Source of the DNA: a bacterium
GTDB taxonomy: Bacteria; Chloroflexota; Dehalococcoidia; E44-bin15
DNA length: 29,853 nucleotides
NCBI GenBank assembly: GCA_048632005.1
Contig: JAIWEW010000001.1
Coordinates: forward strand, 1 to 29,853
Direction: 5' to 3'
The notes under the pieces were generated by a model. It made no database searches. It was not told where the DNA came from and was given only the letters and a program-made list of their open reading frames with translations. Made by a program: the position numbers and the translations under genes. This document shows, in pieces, positions 1 through 9,699 of the stretch (positions are counted from its first letter, which is position 1; each line of letters opens with the position of its first letter).

Positions 1-612
1 GCGTGGCTCGGGGGCCGATCGGTTGGCATCGTTGCACAGCAGCCTTCCGTATCGGCAGGGTGTATCGATATCGATGCCTCGGACAAGGCCGCCCGGTTTG
101 TACGCTTCCTTGACTGCTTCAACATTCCCATAATCACTTTCTGCGACGTCCCGGGATATATGCCCGGTATCGATCAGGAATATGGCGGGATCATCAGACA
201 CGGTGCCAAGTTGCTCTTCGCCTACTCTGAGGCCACAGTCCCAAAGATTACCGTAATCATCCGCAAAGCCTACGGTGGTGCCTACATAGCGATGAGCAGC
301 AAGCATCTCCGCGGCGACATTAACTATGCCTGGCCCACAGCAGAGATCGCCGTCATGGGACCTGACGGCGCGGTAAATATAATACATAGGGAGGCAATCC
401 AAAAATCTGATAATCCCGAGGAGACGAGAAGGAATCTCGTTGCGGAGTACAAGGAGAAATTTGCCAATCCCTACGTATCGGCGGCCCGGGGCTATATCGA
501 TGATGTGATCGATCCCAGGGAGACCCGCCCCAAGTTGATAAAGGCACTGGAGATGCTCCAGAACAAGCGTGACTCAAATCCTCCCAAGAAACACGGCAAC
601 ATCCCGCTATAG
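1..612 (+). CDS. Acyl-CoA carboxyltransferase (PccB / MmdA / transcarboxylase 12S family), 5'-truncated by window edge
   Basis: Frame is open from base 1 ([15 protein letters not shown]...[19 protein letters not shown]...DVPGYMPG) into the listed ORF; motifs [35 protein letters not shown] and C-terminal KKHGNIPL. Confidence 0.93.
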   Translation, partial: AWLGGRSVGIVAQQPSVSAGCIDIDASDKAARFVRFLDCFNIPIITFCDVPGYMPGIDQEYGGIIRHGAKLLFAYSEATVPKITVIIRKAYGGAYIAMSSKHLRGDINYAWPTAEIAVMGPDGAVNIIHREAIQKSDNPEETRRNLVAEYKEKFANPYVSAARGYIDDVIDPRETRPKLIKALEMLQNKRDSNPPKKHGNIPL

Positions 613-621
613 TGAGGAAGG

Positions 622-834
622 ATGCAGGAAAAAGCGCGAGTCACTGCGGCGATCATGGCAGCCATCGACCGATTTGAGGAAGAGGAAATGCTGGCAGGAC
701 CTGCGATGCCGCGACCTGCGATGCCGCAAATTGAAATGAGCTATTGGAAATACTGGGGGCTTGCCGAAACGATGAGGATGCGTATTTCGTGGCAACTGGG
801 AACGTGTGCTGTTACCCCTCTTAAAAGGAGATAA
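622..834 (+). CDS. Small (70 aa) carboxylase-associated protein, possibly epsilon-subunit-like
   Basis: RBS GAGGAAGG before ATG; fills the gap between two carboxylase genes; AAIMAAI N-terminal helix, Pro-rich linker and Trp-containing C-terminus; function inferred from position only. Confidence 0.6.
   Translation: MQEKARVTAAIMAAIDRFEEEEMLAGPAMPRPAMPQIEMSYWKYWGLAETMRMRISWQLGTCAVTPLKRR
698..727 (+). repeat. Perfect in-frame 15-bp tandem duplication (GACCTGCGATGCCGC x2)
   Basis: Units at 698-712 and 713-727, giving PAMPR-PAMPQ. Confidence 0.9.
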
Positions 835-839
835 ATCTT

Positions 840-2723
840 ATGGAAAAGAAAAACCCTCTTAAAATCATGGATACAACCTTCCGGGATGGACATCAGTCAT
901 TGCTGGCAACCAGGATGCGCACGGAGGATATGGAACCCATTGCCGCGGAGATGGATAAGGCGGGTTTCTACGCCATGGAGGTATGGGGGGGCGCTACCTT
1001 CGACGTTCCTACCAGGTTCCTAAATGAGGACCCCTGGGAGAAACCACGCATCCTAAAACGACTGATGCCTAATACCCCGCTTTCGATGCTGCTTCGTGGT
1101 CAGAATCTGGTGGGCTATCGCCACTATGCTGACGATGTAGTAAAACCTTTCGTCTACAAAGCGGCCGAGGTGGGCATTGATATCTTCCGCGTCTTCGATG
1201 CGGTTAACGACTTGCGTAATTTTGAAGCTTCTTTTAAAGCGATTAAGGAATGTGGTAAACACATCCAGGGAACAGTGTGTTACTCTCTTACCGAACGCAA
1301 GTTGGGGGGGCCTATCTATAATATAGATTATTATGTCAATAAAGCACTCGCCATTCAGGACATGGGCGCCGACAGCATCTGCATCAAGGATATGGCCGGG
1401 CTTGCTGCACCTTATGACATCTATGATCTGGTTATAGCCCTTAAGGCGGTATTAAAGATACCGATCGAGTTCCATACTCACTATACCAGCGGCATGGCCT
1501 CAATGAGCTGTCTTAAGGCCGCTGAAGCAGGTGTGGATATCATCGATACCGCCCTGGCTCCCTTTGCCCTGCGTACCTCTCAGCCGGCGGTTGAGCCTAT
1601 TGTGGTCGCCCTTGAAGGAACGCCACGAGATACGGGGCTTGACCTGGCACACCTTTTCAAACTGGGGCAATATATAGAATCCATCGCCCCTAAGTACCGC
1701 GACTACCTCAACAGCACGAAGATGTCGATAATCGATACCGGTGTGCTGGTGCACCAGATACCAGGAGGCATGATGAGTAACCTGGTCTCCCAGCTAAGGG
1801 AAGCGGGAGCGCTGGATAGAATAGACGAGGTGTACAAAGAGCTTCCCAGAACCAGAAAAGAGCTGGGTAACCCCCCACTGGTAACCCCCAGCAGCCAGAT
1901 CATAGGGATTCAGGCAGTGCAAAATGTCCTTATGGGAAGGTACAAGATGATCTCCGGCCAGGTTAAGGACTATGTTTATGGCCTCTACGGCAAGCCCCCA
2001 TCGGAGATAGACCCCGAGGTACAAAAGCTTGCACTCAAGGGATATGAGCGTGGCGAGGAGCCTATCACAGGTCGCGCTGCGGACATCCTGGAGCCAGAGA
2101 TGGAGAAGGCTAAGGAAGATACAAAAGATATCGCCAGGGATGACGGCGATGTACTCATCTATGCCCTCTACCCCACAACCGGTATGCGCTATTTGAGATG
2201 GAAATATGGATTAGAGGAGCCGCCAGCGGATACAAAACCTAAATCCTTAGACGATATTAAGCGTGAGGACGAACTTATCACCAAGGCTAAAGCCGGTAAG
2301 CTGGTGGAAAAGGTGGAGAAGCCCGTCCCGCCAAAGGGAGCAGGGCTCAGGACTTACAATGTTTTTGTCGGCGATGAGTACTACGAGGTAGAGGTAGAAC
2401 CTGCAGGAGGGACACAAGTAGTCAATAGACCTGTTGCTAGCGCAGCGCCTGCAAGACCTGCGCAACCCGTAGTTACCGAAGAGACCAATAAAGCCCCTGC
2501 AGTTGCTACCGAGGGCGCTGTACTGGCCCCCATGCCCGGAATTATAATTAGATACGAAGTGGCACAAGGGCAAGCGGTCAAGGCAGGTGATACTATCGTC
2601 ATCCTGGAAGCGATGAAGATGGAGAGTGTCCTCCCCGCCCCTATCGACGGCACCGTTAAGGATATTATGTTTAAGCCCGGGGATCGAGTAGTCAAGGATG
2701 ACGTCATAGCTGTGATTGGTTAG
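840..2723 (+). CDS. Pyruvate/oxaloacetate carboxyltransferase with fused C-terminal biotin carrier (PycB / OadA / transcarboxylase 5S-1.3S type)
   Basis: DTTFRDGHQSLLATRMRT, EVWGGATFD, IKDMAG and HTHYTSG motifs; Ala/Pro linker; biotinyl domain with EAMKM; RBS AAGGAG. Confidence 0.93.
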   Translation: MEKKNPLKIMDTTFRDGHQSLLATRMRTEDMEPIAAEMDKAGFYAMEVWGGATFDVPTRFLNEDPWEKPRILKRLMPNTPLSMLLRGQNLVGYRHYADDVVKPFVYKAAEVGIDIFRVFDAVNDLRNFEASFKAIKECGKHIQGTVCYSLTERKLGGPIYNIDYYVNKALAIQDMGADSICIKDMAGLAAPYDIYDLVIALKAVLKIPIEFHTHYTSGMASMSCLKAAEAGVDIIDTALAPFALRTSQPAVEPIVVALEGTPRDTGLDLAHLFKLGQYIESIAPKYRDYLNSTKMSIIDTGVLVHQIPGGMMSNLVSQLREAGALDRIDEVYKELPRTRKELGNPPLVTPSSQIIGIQAVQNVLMGRYKMISGQVKDYVYGLYGKPPSEIDPEVQKLALKGYERGEEPITGRAADILEPEMEKAKEDTKDIARDDGDVLIYALYPTTGMRYLRWKYGLEEPPADTKPKSLDDIKREDELITKAKAGKLVEKVEKPVPPKGAGLRTYNVFVGDEYYEVEVEPAGGTQVVNRPVASAAPARPAQPVVTEETNKAPAVATEGAVLAPMPGIIIRYEVAQGQAVKAGDTIVILEAMKMESVLPAPIDGTVKDIMFKPGDRVVKDDVIAVIG

Positions 2724-2727
2724 CACT

Positions 2728-3981
2728 ATGGGGAAGACCCTTGCCGAAAAGATACTGACTGATAATTCGGGTGGCGATGCTCATGCTGGAGACATCATTA
2801 TTGCCAGGGTTGGCCTTGCCTTCGTCCAGGATGGTACAGGCCCTTTGGCGCTGCGGCAGCTCAAAGAGAGCGGCCTCGAGCAGGTAGACAATCCTGAAAG
2901 GGCGATCCTCTTTCTTGATCACGCCGCTCCCAGTCCTTCACGGGAGCTCGCCAACGACCACATCACCCTGCGCCAGTTCGCCGAAAAGAGCGGGGTGCAG
3001 ATTTGCGATGTGGGAGAGGGGGTTTGCCACCAGCTTGTCGCAGAATTCTATGCTAACCCCGGCGAGGTGATCCTCGGTGCTGATTCCCATACGGTGACCG
3101 CAGGGGCGTTAGGGGCTTTTGCAACCGGTATGGGCTCCACCGATGTTGCCATCGCCATTGCTTTAGGAAAGACCTGGCTCCGGGTGCCTGAGAGCTACAA
3201 GGTGGAGGTAGTCGGCCGCTTTACAAAGGGAGTATATGCCAAGGATCTCGTCCTGCATCTCATAGGGAAGCTTGGTGCTGATGGTGCTACCTACAAATCA
3301 CTGGAGTTCTCAGGGGAGGCTGTTGGAAACATGAGCATGGCGGAGCGTTTCACCATCGCTAATATGGCAGTGGAGGCGGGAGCAAAAACAGGGCTTTTCC
3401 CCACCGATGAGACTACACAAACCTATCTTGAATCCCGCGGCCGCGGTGCATCTTTTCGCGCTTTGAGCCCTGATCCTGATGCCACGTATGAGCACGCGAT
3501 AACCATAGACGCCTCCAGCCTTGAGCCGACGGTGTCAAAACCTCATTCGGTAGATAACATCGCCCTGGCTAGAGAGCTGGCGGGCATAAAAATCGCGCAG
3601 GTATTTATTGGTACCTGCACCAATGGTCGCCTGGACGACCTGGCGGTAGCAGCCGCAATACTAAATGGGAAAAGACGCCACCCAAAAACCAGGCTGCTTA
3701 TAGCCCCTGCATCTTCGGATGTGCTTAAAGAAGCGATCAGTGCTGGATATATTCAAACCCTTATTGAATCTGGGGCGGTACTTCTGCCACCGGGATGCGG
3801 TCCCTGCGTCGGAGTGCATCAGGGAGCGCTGGGGGATGGTGAAGCTTGTCTCTCCACGGCCAATCGTAATTTCAAGGGGCGTATGGGAAATCCCGAGGCA
3901 TTTATCTATCTGGGAAGCCCTGCAACAGCCGCGGCAAGCGCCATCGTCGGTGAGATTACCGACCCCAGGGAGCTAATGTAA
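2728..3981 (+). CDS. leuC: LeuC/HacA-family hydratase large subunit (probably acting as aconitase or homoaconitase)
   Basis: DH, DSHT, GTCTNGR, CGPCVG and STANRNFKGRMG motifs; start moved to ATG 2728, just after the upstream stop; symbol is family-level only. Confidence 0.9.
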   Translation: MGKTLAEKILTDNSGGDAHAGDIIIARVGLAFVQDGTGPLALRQLKESGLEQVDNPERAILFLDHAAPSPSRELANDHITLRQFAEKSGVQICDVGEGVCHQLVAEFYANPGEVILGADSHTVTAGALGAFATGMGSTDVAIAIALGKTWLRVPESYKVEVVGRFTKGVYAKDLVLHLIGKLGADGATYKSLEFSGEAVGNMSMAERFTIANMAVEAGAKTGLFPTDETTQTYLESRGRGASFRALSPDPDATYEHAITIDASSLEPTVSKPHSVDNIALARELAGIKIAQVFIGTCTNGRLDDLAVAAAILNGKRRHPKTRLLIAPASSDVLKEAISAGYIQTLIESGAVLLPPGCGPCVGVHQGALGDGEACLSTANRNFKGRMGNPEAFIYLGSPATAAASAIVGEITDPRELM

Positions 3982-4470
3982 ATGCTAAGGGGAAAAGCCT
4001 TTAAATTCGGTGATAATATTTCCACCGATCACATCTGCCCGGGAAGGTACTTCCATCTCAGGAGTAATTTGCCGGAATTGGCGAAGCACACCCTCGAAGA
4101 TGTTGAGCCCGGCTTTTGTACAATGGTTAAACCGGGCGATTTCGTCGTTGCAGGTTTGAATTTCGGGCTTGGTTCAAGCCGGGAGCACGCTGCTGTCGTA
4201 ATTAAAATGGCGGGCGTGACTGCTGTCCTGGCGAAGTCTGCAGCGCGCATTTTCTTTAGGAATGCCATCAATGTAGGTCTTCCCGTCCTGATATGTGATA
4301 CTGATAAGATCAATGACGGCGATGAGCTTGAGGTTGATCTTGCAAACAGCGTAGTGAAGAATCTTACCAGCGGAACCGAACTCCCCGTAGGCAAATTCCC
4401 GGATGTGATGCTCAGTATACTTGAAGAGGGTGGGCTTATCCCTTATATTAAGAAGCACGGAAGCTTTTAG
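3982..4470 (+). CDS. leuD: LeuD/HacB-family hydratase small subunit
   Basis: GDNISTDHICPG, NFGLGSSREHA and ARIFFRNAINVGLP motifs; abuts the large subunit; symbol is family-level only. Confidence 0.9.
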   Translation: MLRGKAFKFGDNISTDHICPGRYFHLRSNLPELAKHTLEDVEPGFCTMVKPGDFVVAGLNFGLGSSREHAAVVIKMAGVTAVLAKSAARIFFRNAINVGLPVLICDTDKINDGDELEVDLANSVVKNLTSGTELPVGKFPDVMLSILEEGGLIPYIKKHGSF

Positions 4471-4490
4471 TCTTAGCAAGGAGATAAATA

Positions 4491-5582
4491 TTGACTTATA
4501 CTATCACCCTGATATCAGGCGACGGCATCGGGCCTGAGGTAACCGATGCCACGGTAAGAGTGCTGGAGGCGACCGGTATCAAGTTCAAATGGGAAAAGGC
4601 GATCGCTGGCCAAGAGGCACAGGATAAGTATGGCACTCCACTCCCCAATGATCTCCTCGACTCCATCAGGAAAAACAAGATAGCTTTAAAGGGCCCTATC
4701 ACTACCCCCATTGGAACGGGTTTTCGCAGCGCTAATGTGGCCCTACGAAAAGCATTAGACCTCTATGTCTGTCTCCGCCCGTGTAAAAGCTACCAGGGAG
4801 CTCCGTACATCCATGAGAATGTGGACGTTATAGTTGTGCGAGAAAATACTGAGGATCTGTACCTGGGTATCGAGTGTGGGAGAAATACGCCCGAGGCGGA
4901 AAAGCTCGCTATGCTTATTGAGGAAAACGGAAACTGGGTCAATGCGGATTCGAGCTTCAGCATCAAGGCGATATCCCCCGATGCCACCCGAAGGATTGCA
5001 GAGTACTCATTCGATTATGCCAAAGCCCATGACCGTAAAAAGGTAACCGTAGTTCACAAGGCGAATATCCTAAAGGAAACCGATGGGCTCTTTCTATCAA
5101 TCACAACCGAGGTCGCTAAGGATTACCCGGACATCGAGTTCGAATCCCACATGGTCGACAGCATGTGCTCGCAACTGGTACGCTCTCCGCAACTTCATGA
5201 CGTCATGGTTATGCCCAATCTTTACGGTGACATCATCTCCGAGCTTTGCGCTGGCCTAGTCGGGGGCCTGGGACTCGCTCCTGGAGCCAATATCGGGAAT
5301 GACATCTCTGTCTTTGAACCGACCCACGGCAGCGCCCCGAAATATGCCGGTCAGAACAAGGTGAATCCAATGGCCATGATGCTCTCCGGGGTACTGATGC
5401 TCCGCCATCTTGGCGAGATGGAGGCTGCTGATTGGGTGGAGAATGCAATAGCACAGGTTATAGCTGAAGGGAAATACGTCACGTATGATATGAAGTCCGA
5501 TCGTAACGACCCAACGGCGGTAGGAACCTCTCAGGTTGCCGATGCCGTAATCGAAAAAATAAAGGAGTTGAGTTATGCGTAG
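4491..5582 (+). CDS. icd: Isocitrate dehydrogenase, probably NADP-dependent
   Basis: GDGIGPEV; [17 protein letters not shown] (isocitrate-type S/N/R); HKANILK; NLYGDIIS; HGSAPKY (Lys-Tyr NADP signature); TTG start with RBS AAGGAG. Confidence 0.85.
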   Translation: MTYTITLISGDGIGPEVTDATVRVLEATGIKFKWEKAIAGQEAQDKYGTPLPNDLLDSIRKNKIALKGPITTPIGTGFRSANVALRKALDLYVCLRPCKSYQGAPYIHENVDVIVVRENTEDLYLGIECGRNTPEAEKLAMLIEENGNWVNADSSFSIKAISPDATRRIAEYSFDYAKAHDRKKVTVVHKANILKETDGLFLSITTEVAKDYPDIEFESHMVDSMCSQLVRSPQLHDVMVMPNLYGDIISELCAGLVGGLGLAPGANIGNDISVFEPTHGSAPKYAGQNKVNPMAMMLSGVLMLRHLGEMEAADWVENAIAQVIAEGKYVTYDMKSDRNDPTAVGTSQVADAVIEKIKELSYA

Positions 5583-6504
5583 TAAGGTCACAGTTGTCGG
5601 TGCTGGAAATGTGGGCGCCTCCTGCGCCCAGAGAGTAGCAGAGAAGGGCTATGCCGATGTGGTGCTGGTTGACATCATCGAGGGGATGCCTCAGGGGAAG
5701 GCGCTGGATATTCTCCAAAGCGGGCCGATCTTGAACTTCGACTCCAATATCATCGGCACTAACGTCTATGAGGAGACAGCGGATTCTAATATCGTAGTCA
5801 TTACCTCAGGTATAGCGCGAAAGCCGGGGATGAGCCGCGATGACCTCATCCTCACCAATATGAAAATCATCAGGGAAGTTACCGAGAACATAGTGAAGCA
5901 CTCACCTAACTGTATGATTATCATGGTTACCAACCCGCTGGATGCTATGACGCAGCTGGCCCTTCACGTAAGTAAGTTTCCCAAGAACCGCGTCATGGGG
6001 CAGTCCGGCATCCTGGATTCGTCTCGCTTCAAGACGTTTATCGCAATGGAGCTCGGCGTATCAGTTGATGACGTTTTTGCGTGCCTCCTCGGGGGTCATG
6101 GCGATACTATGATTGCAATCCCCAGGCTGACCACCGTTGGCGGCATCCCGATCACCGAACTTCTGCCCAAAGATACAATTGATGCCATGGTGGAGCGCAC
6201 CGTTAAGGGCGGTGCGGAGATCGTTAGCCTGTTGAAGACGGGTAGTGCTTACTATGCCCCGTCAGCAGCAACGGTGCAGATGGTTGAGGCTATACTCTTC
6301 GATAAAAAGAAAATACTTCCCTGCTCGGCCTACCTCGAAGGAGAATACGGCATCGCCGGGGCGTATGTCGGTGTCCCGGCAAAGCTGGGATCCAACGGGG
6401 TGGAGCAGGTAATCGAGCTGAAGCTGACTGAGGAGGAGAGTGCAGCGCTCAAGCGTTCGGCGGATGCGGTGCTGGAGCTAGTTAAAATCATGAAGCTGGA
6501 ATAA
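5575..6504 (+). CDS. mdh: Malate dehydrogenase (LDH-like)
   Basis: GAGNVG Rossmann motif; [10 protein letters not shown] (MDH-specific Arg); GGHGD; GSAYYAP. Confidence 0.95.
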   Translation: MRSKVTVVGAGNVGASCAQRVAEKGYADVVLVDIIEGMPQGKALDILQSGPILNFDSNIIGTNVYEETADSNIVVITSGIARKPGMSRDDLILTNMKIIREVTENIVKHSPNCMIIMVTNPLDAMTQLALHVSKFPKNRVMGQSGILDSSRFKTFIAMELGVSVDDVFACLLGGHGDTMIAIPRLTTVGGIPITELLPKDTIDAMVERTVKGGAEIVSLLKTGSAYYAPSAATVQMVEAILFDKKKILPCSAYLEGEYGIAGAYVGVPAKLGSNGVEQVIELKLTEEESAALKRSADAVLELVKIMKLE

Positions 6505-6506
6505 GA

Positions 6507-7352
6507 ATGAGAACGATCGATAGTGCTCAGGTAACGGAAACTGTAGCACGCCTCTGCCAAGAGGCGAATTTCGATATCGGCGAAGATGTCCTGGACGCAC
6601 TAAAGCGAGCCAGGGAAAAAGAGGAATCCCCCCTGGGGAAGCAGGTCCTAGATCAGATACTGGAGAATAACAGTATCGCGACCAACCAGAAAATCCCCAT
6701 TTGCCAGGACTGCGGTACCGCGGTGATCTTTCTCGAATTAGGTCAGGATACGCATATTGCCGGAGGCGACCTTTACACCGCAGTGGAGGAAGGGGTGCGC
6801 CAGGGCTATGAGGATGGTTACCTGAGGAAGTCCATAGTAAGCCAGCCCTTCTCAGCACGGTTGAACACCAAAGATAACACGCCAGCTATGATTCATCTGG
6901 ATATGGTGCCGGGTGACCAGTTAAAAATCGTGGTATTGCCCAAGGGTGGCGGCAGCGAGAATATGAGCCGTCTCAATATGCTTACCCCGGCTAAGGGTCG
7001 CCAGGGCGTGATTGACGTTGTGGTCAACTCAGTTGCAGAGGCCGGCTCTAACCCGTGCCCTCCAGTTATCGTTGGTATCGGTATCGGCGGAACGGCGGAC
7101 AAAGCAATGATACTGGCAAAAAAGGCACTCCTGCGCCGTGTGGGAGAGCCAAGTCCAGACCCAGAGGTGGCGGATCTAGAACAGGAAATCCTGGAACGCA
7201 TTAATAGCCTGGGTATCGGACCACAGGGATTCGGGGGGAGAACCACTGCCCTCGCAGTACATGCTGAGGTTTACCCTACACATATCGCGATGATGCCGGT
7301 AGCAGTAAACCTGAACTGCCATGCTGCCCGGCATAAGGAGGCTGTAATTTGA
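6507..7352 (+). CDS. Class I two-subunit fumarate hydratase, alpha (Fe-S) subunit (TtdA-like family)
   Basis: PICQDCG, KGGGSEN, NPCPP and NCHAARH motifs. Confidence 0.92.
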   Translation: MRTIDSAQVTETVARLCQEANFDIGEDVLDALKRAREKEESPLGKQVLDQILENNSIATNQKIPICQDCGTAVIFLELGQDTHIAGGDLYTAVEEGVRQGYEDGYLRKSIVSQPFSARLNTKDNTPAMIHLDMVPGDQLKIVVLPKGGGSENMSRLNMLTPAKGRQGVIDVVVNSVAEAGSNPCPPVIVGIGIGGTADKAMILAKKALLRRVGEPSPDPEVADLEQEILERINSLGIGPQGFGGRTTALAVHAEVYPTHIAMMPVAVNLNCHAARHKEAVI

Positions 7353-8041
7353 GCCAAAAAGCGACTATACAGAAATTAATTGACATTTATATCATGGGCA
7401 AGCGCTATCAGGTTCCCCAAGGACTGACAATCCAGGACGCTCTGGAGTATGCTGGCTACCAGCTCATTCGCGGTGTCGGTTGCCGCAGCGGTTTCTGTGG
7501 CGCCTGTGGCACTATCTACCGCGTTAAGGGAGACCCGCAGTTAAAGTATGCCCTTGCCTGCCAGACCGTTGTTGAGCCAGATATGTATCTGACGCAAATA
7601 CCCTTCTTCCCTACCGAGAAGGCAATCTACGATATCGAAGAGCTTGATCCCAGTGGTGAGCAGGTGCTCCAGCTCTATCCTGTTCTCTTAACGTGCATGG
7701 GATGTAACTCCTGCACTAAGAGCTGCCCCCAGGATCTAGAGGTAATGGAATATATTGCCAACGCGATCCGGGGTGACATTGCCGGAGTAGCAGAGAAATC
7801 CTTCGACTGCGTTATGTGCGGGCTATGCTCAGCTAGATGCCCGGCGGGTCTGCCGCAATATAACATCGCGCTGCTTTGCCGCCGGCTATACGGCCGCCAT
7901 ATAGCTCCCAAAGCGGAGCACCTGGCTCAGCGTGTGGCCGAAGTAGAGAGCGGAAAGTTCGATAATGAGCTCAAGGCACTGATGGGTATGCCCGATGATG
8001 AGTTGCGTCGCCGCTATGGTGAGCGTGATATAGAGCCCTAA
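7349..8041 (+). CDS. frdB: Fumarate reductase-type Fe-S subunit: [2Fe-2S] plus 2x[4Fe-4S]
   Basis: GCRSGFCGAC...LAC; CMGCNSCTKSCP; CVMCGLCSARCP; TTG start overlaps the upstream stop, RBS AAGGAGG. Confidence 0.8.
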   Translation: MSQKATIQKLIDIYIMGKRYQVPQGLTIQDALEYAGYQLIRGVGCRSGFCGACGTIYRVKGDPQLKYALACQTVVEPDMYLTQIPFFPTEKAIYDIEELDPSGEQVLQLYPVLLTCMGCNSCTKSCPQDLEVMEYIANAIRGDIAGVAEKSFDCVMCGLCSARCPAGLPQYNIALLCRRLYGRHIAPKAEHLAQRVAEVESGKFDNELKALMGMPDDELRRRYGERDIEP

Positions 8042-8058
8042 CAGAAGGAGAAGCAAAG

Positions 8059-9699
8059 ATGTATCCACCTGAAATGCAGGAAAGCGTTGACAATGTCATA
8101 GCCACCAGGGAGCGACGCCTTGAGGAAAGCTACCCAGTGCTAAGCGCGGAGGAAAAGGCAACACTTCTCCAGGGCTTTCACCCCGATTCTATCGCTGGCG
8201 GGATGCGGGAATTACAGATAGGACCCAATAAAGGTGAGCGCACGCCAAACGAACTCGCCGACCTGCTGGAGGGTAATAGCAGGATCGATCCCGATATTAT
8301 CGATCTTGATACGGTGGATTATGACGTAGATGTCCTGGTCATTGGTGGTGGTGGAGGGGGCGCCGCTGCAGCCCTCCTCGCGCAGGAGAATGATGCCAGC
8401 GTAATGCTGGTGACTAAGCTGCGCCTGGGTGATGCGAATACCGTGGGGGCTGAAGGTGGCACCCAGGCAGCAACCAAACCTCAAGATTCCCCGGCGATCC
8501 ATTACCTTGATGCCATGGGTGGCGGTGGCTTTACTAACATCCCGGCGTTAGTCGATGCTTTGGTTCGTGATGCACCTGGAGTTATCCATTGGCTGGAATC
8601 CCTCGGGATGATGTGGGGCAAGGAGCCAGATGGCACGCTGCTGACTGAGAGCGGTGGCGGGACATCGCGAAAAAGGATGCATTCCGCCCGGGATTATACC
8701 GGCCTGGAGGCAATGCGGGTTCTGCGCGATGAGGTGCGGAACCGCGGGATAAATGTGTTGGAGTTTGCTCCTGTAGTGGAACTGGTGATGGACAAAGAGG
8801 GACAGGTAGCAGGGGCAGTTCTAATTAACTTCGAGACCAATGAAATGGTTTTGGTGCGGGCCAAGGCAATAATTCTTGCCACCGGCGGCGGGGGTCGCCT
8901 GCACTATCAGGGCTTCCCCACCACCAACCATTACGGCGCCACCGCCGATGGCCTGGTTATCGCCTACCGCGTCGGCGCAAAGCTTATCTTCATGGATACA
9001 ATGCAGTATCACCCCACAGGCGTAGCCTATCCCGAGCAAATCGTGGGACAACTGGTTACAGAGAAGGTCAGGGGGCTAGGTGCCCAGCTGGTGAACGCCG
9101 AGGGTGAACAGTTCATCTACCCCTTGGAGACCCGGGATGCCGTGGCTTCATCTATAATCCGCGAGTGTAAGGAGCGCGGCAAGGGAATAACTACGCCTAC
9201 GGGACAGTTGGGCGTGTGGCTGGATTCGCCTATGGTTGACATGCTGCGTGGCCCGGGAACCATTGCCCGGGAATTGCCTGCCATGCTACGCCAGTTTCTG
9301 CGTTTCGGCATCGATATGAGCAAGGAGCCCGTACTGACCTACCCCACACTGCATTATCAAAACGGGGGAATATTGATCGATGATCAGGGAAGGACCACCA
9401 TCCCTAACCTTTTCGCCGCCGGCGAAGTAGAGGGCGGTGTACATGGCCGAAACCGGCTCATGGGCAATTCCACTCTCGATATATTTGTCTTCGGACGACG
9501 GGCGGGCAAGGCAGCAGCAGAGCGCGCCAGGGAGACGAAGCCGGGGAAACTGACCCTGGAGCACGTACGCCAGTGGCAGCGCCAGCTTAAAGAGGCGGGG
9601 CTGGAGGGAAGACCCCCTTCCCCCATACTGATCCCCGACTATACCCGCCATGGACGTATCGCCAGCCTCAGCGGCAGTTTTGCCAGAGGACTTGAGTAA
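8059..9699 (+). CDS. frdA: Fumarate reductase/SDH-family flavoprotein, soluble type lacking the covalent-FAD His
   Basis: GGGGGG FAD motif; NTVGAEGG; QYHPTG; TEKVRG; RD; HYQNGG; HGRNRLMGNS; ~85-aa N-terminal extension. Confidence 0.85.
   Translation: MYPPEMQESVDNVIATRERRLEESYPVLSAEEKATLLQGFHPDSIAGGMRELQIGPNKGERTPNELADLLEGNSRIDPDIIDLDTVDYDVDVLVIGGGGGGAAAALLAQENDASVMLVTKLRLGDANTVGAEGGTQAATKPQDSPAIHYLDAMGGGGFTNIPALVDALVRDAPGVIHWLESLGMMWGKEPDGTLLTESGGGTSRKRMHSARDYTGLEAMRVLRDEVRNRGINVLEFAPVVELVMDKEGQVAGAVLINFETNEMVLVRAKAIILATGGGGRLHYQGFPTTNHYGATADGLVIAYRVGAKLIFMDTMQYHPTGVAYPEQIVGQLVTEKVRGLGAQLVNAEGEQFIYPLETRDAVASSIIRECKERGKGITTPTGQLGVWLDSPMVDMLRGPGTIARELPAMLRQFLRFGIDMSKEPVLTYPTLHYQNGGILIDDQGRTTIPNLFAAGEVEGGVHGRNRLMGNSTLDIFVFGRRAGKAAAERARETKPGKLTLEHVRQWQRQLKEAGLEGRPPSPILIPDYTRHGRIASLSGSFARGLE

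Noticed and set aside
2716-2727. Upstream start for the LeuC-like gene
   Set aside because: It overlaps the preceding gene's stop; ATG 2728 gives the typical MGKTLAEKIL start
7349-9699. Canonical membrane succinate dehydrogenase (sdhAB)
   Set aside because: No covalent-FAD His, no [3Fe-4S] motif and no anchor subunits
8059-9699. L-aspartate oxidase (nadB)
   Set aside because: Same fold and also non-covalent FAD, but it is flanked by Fe-S partners and fumarase genes, with no nadA/nadC in view; less likely, not excluded
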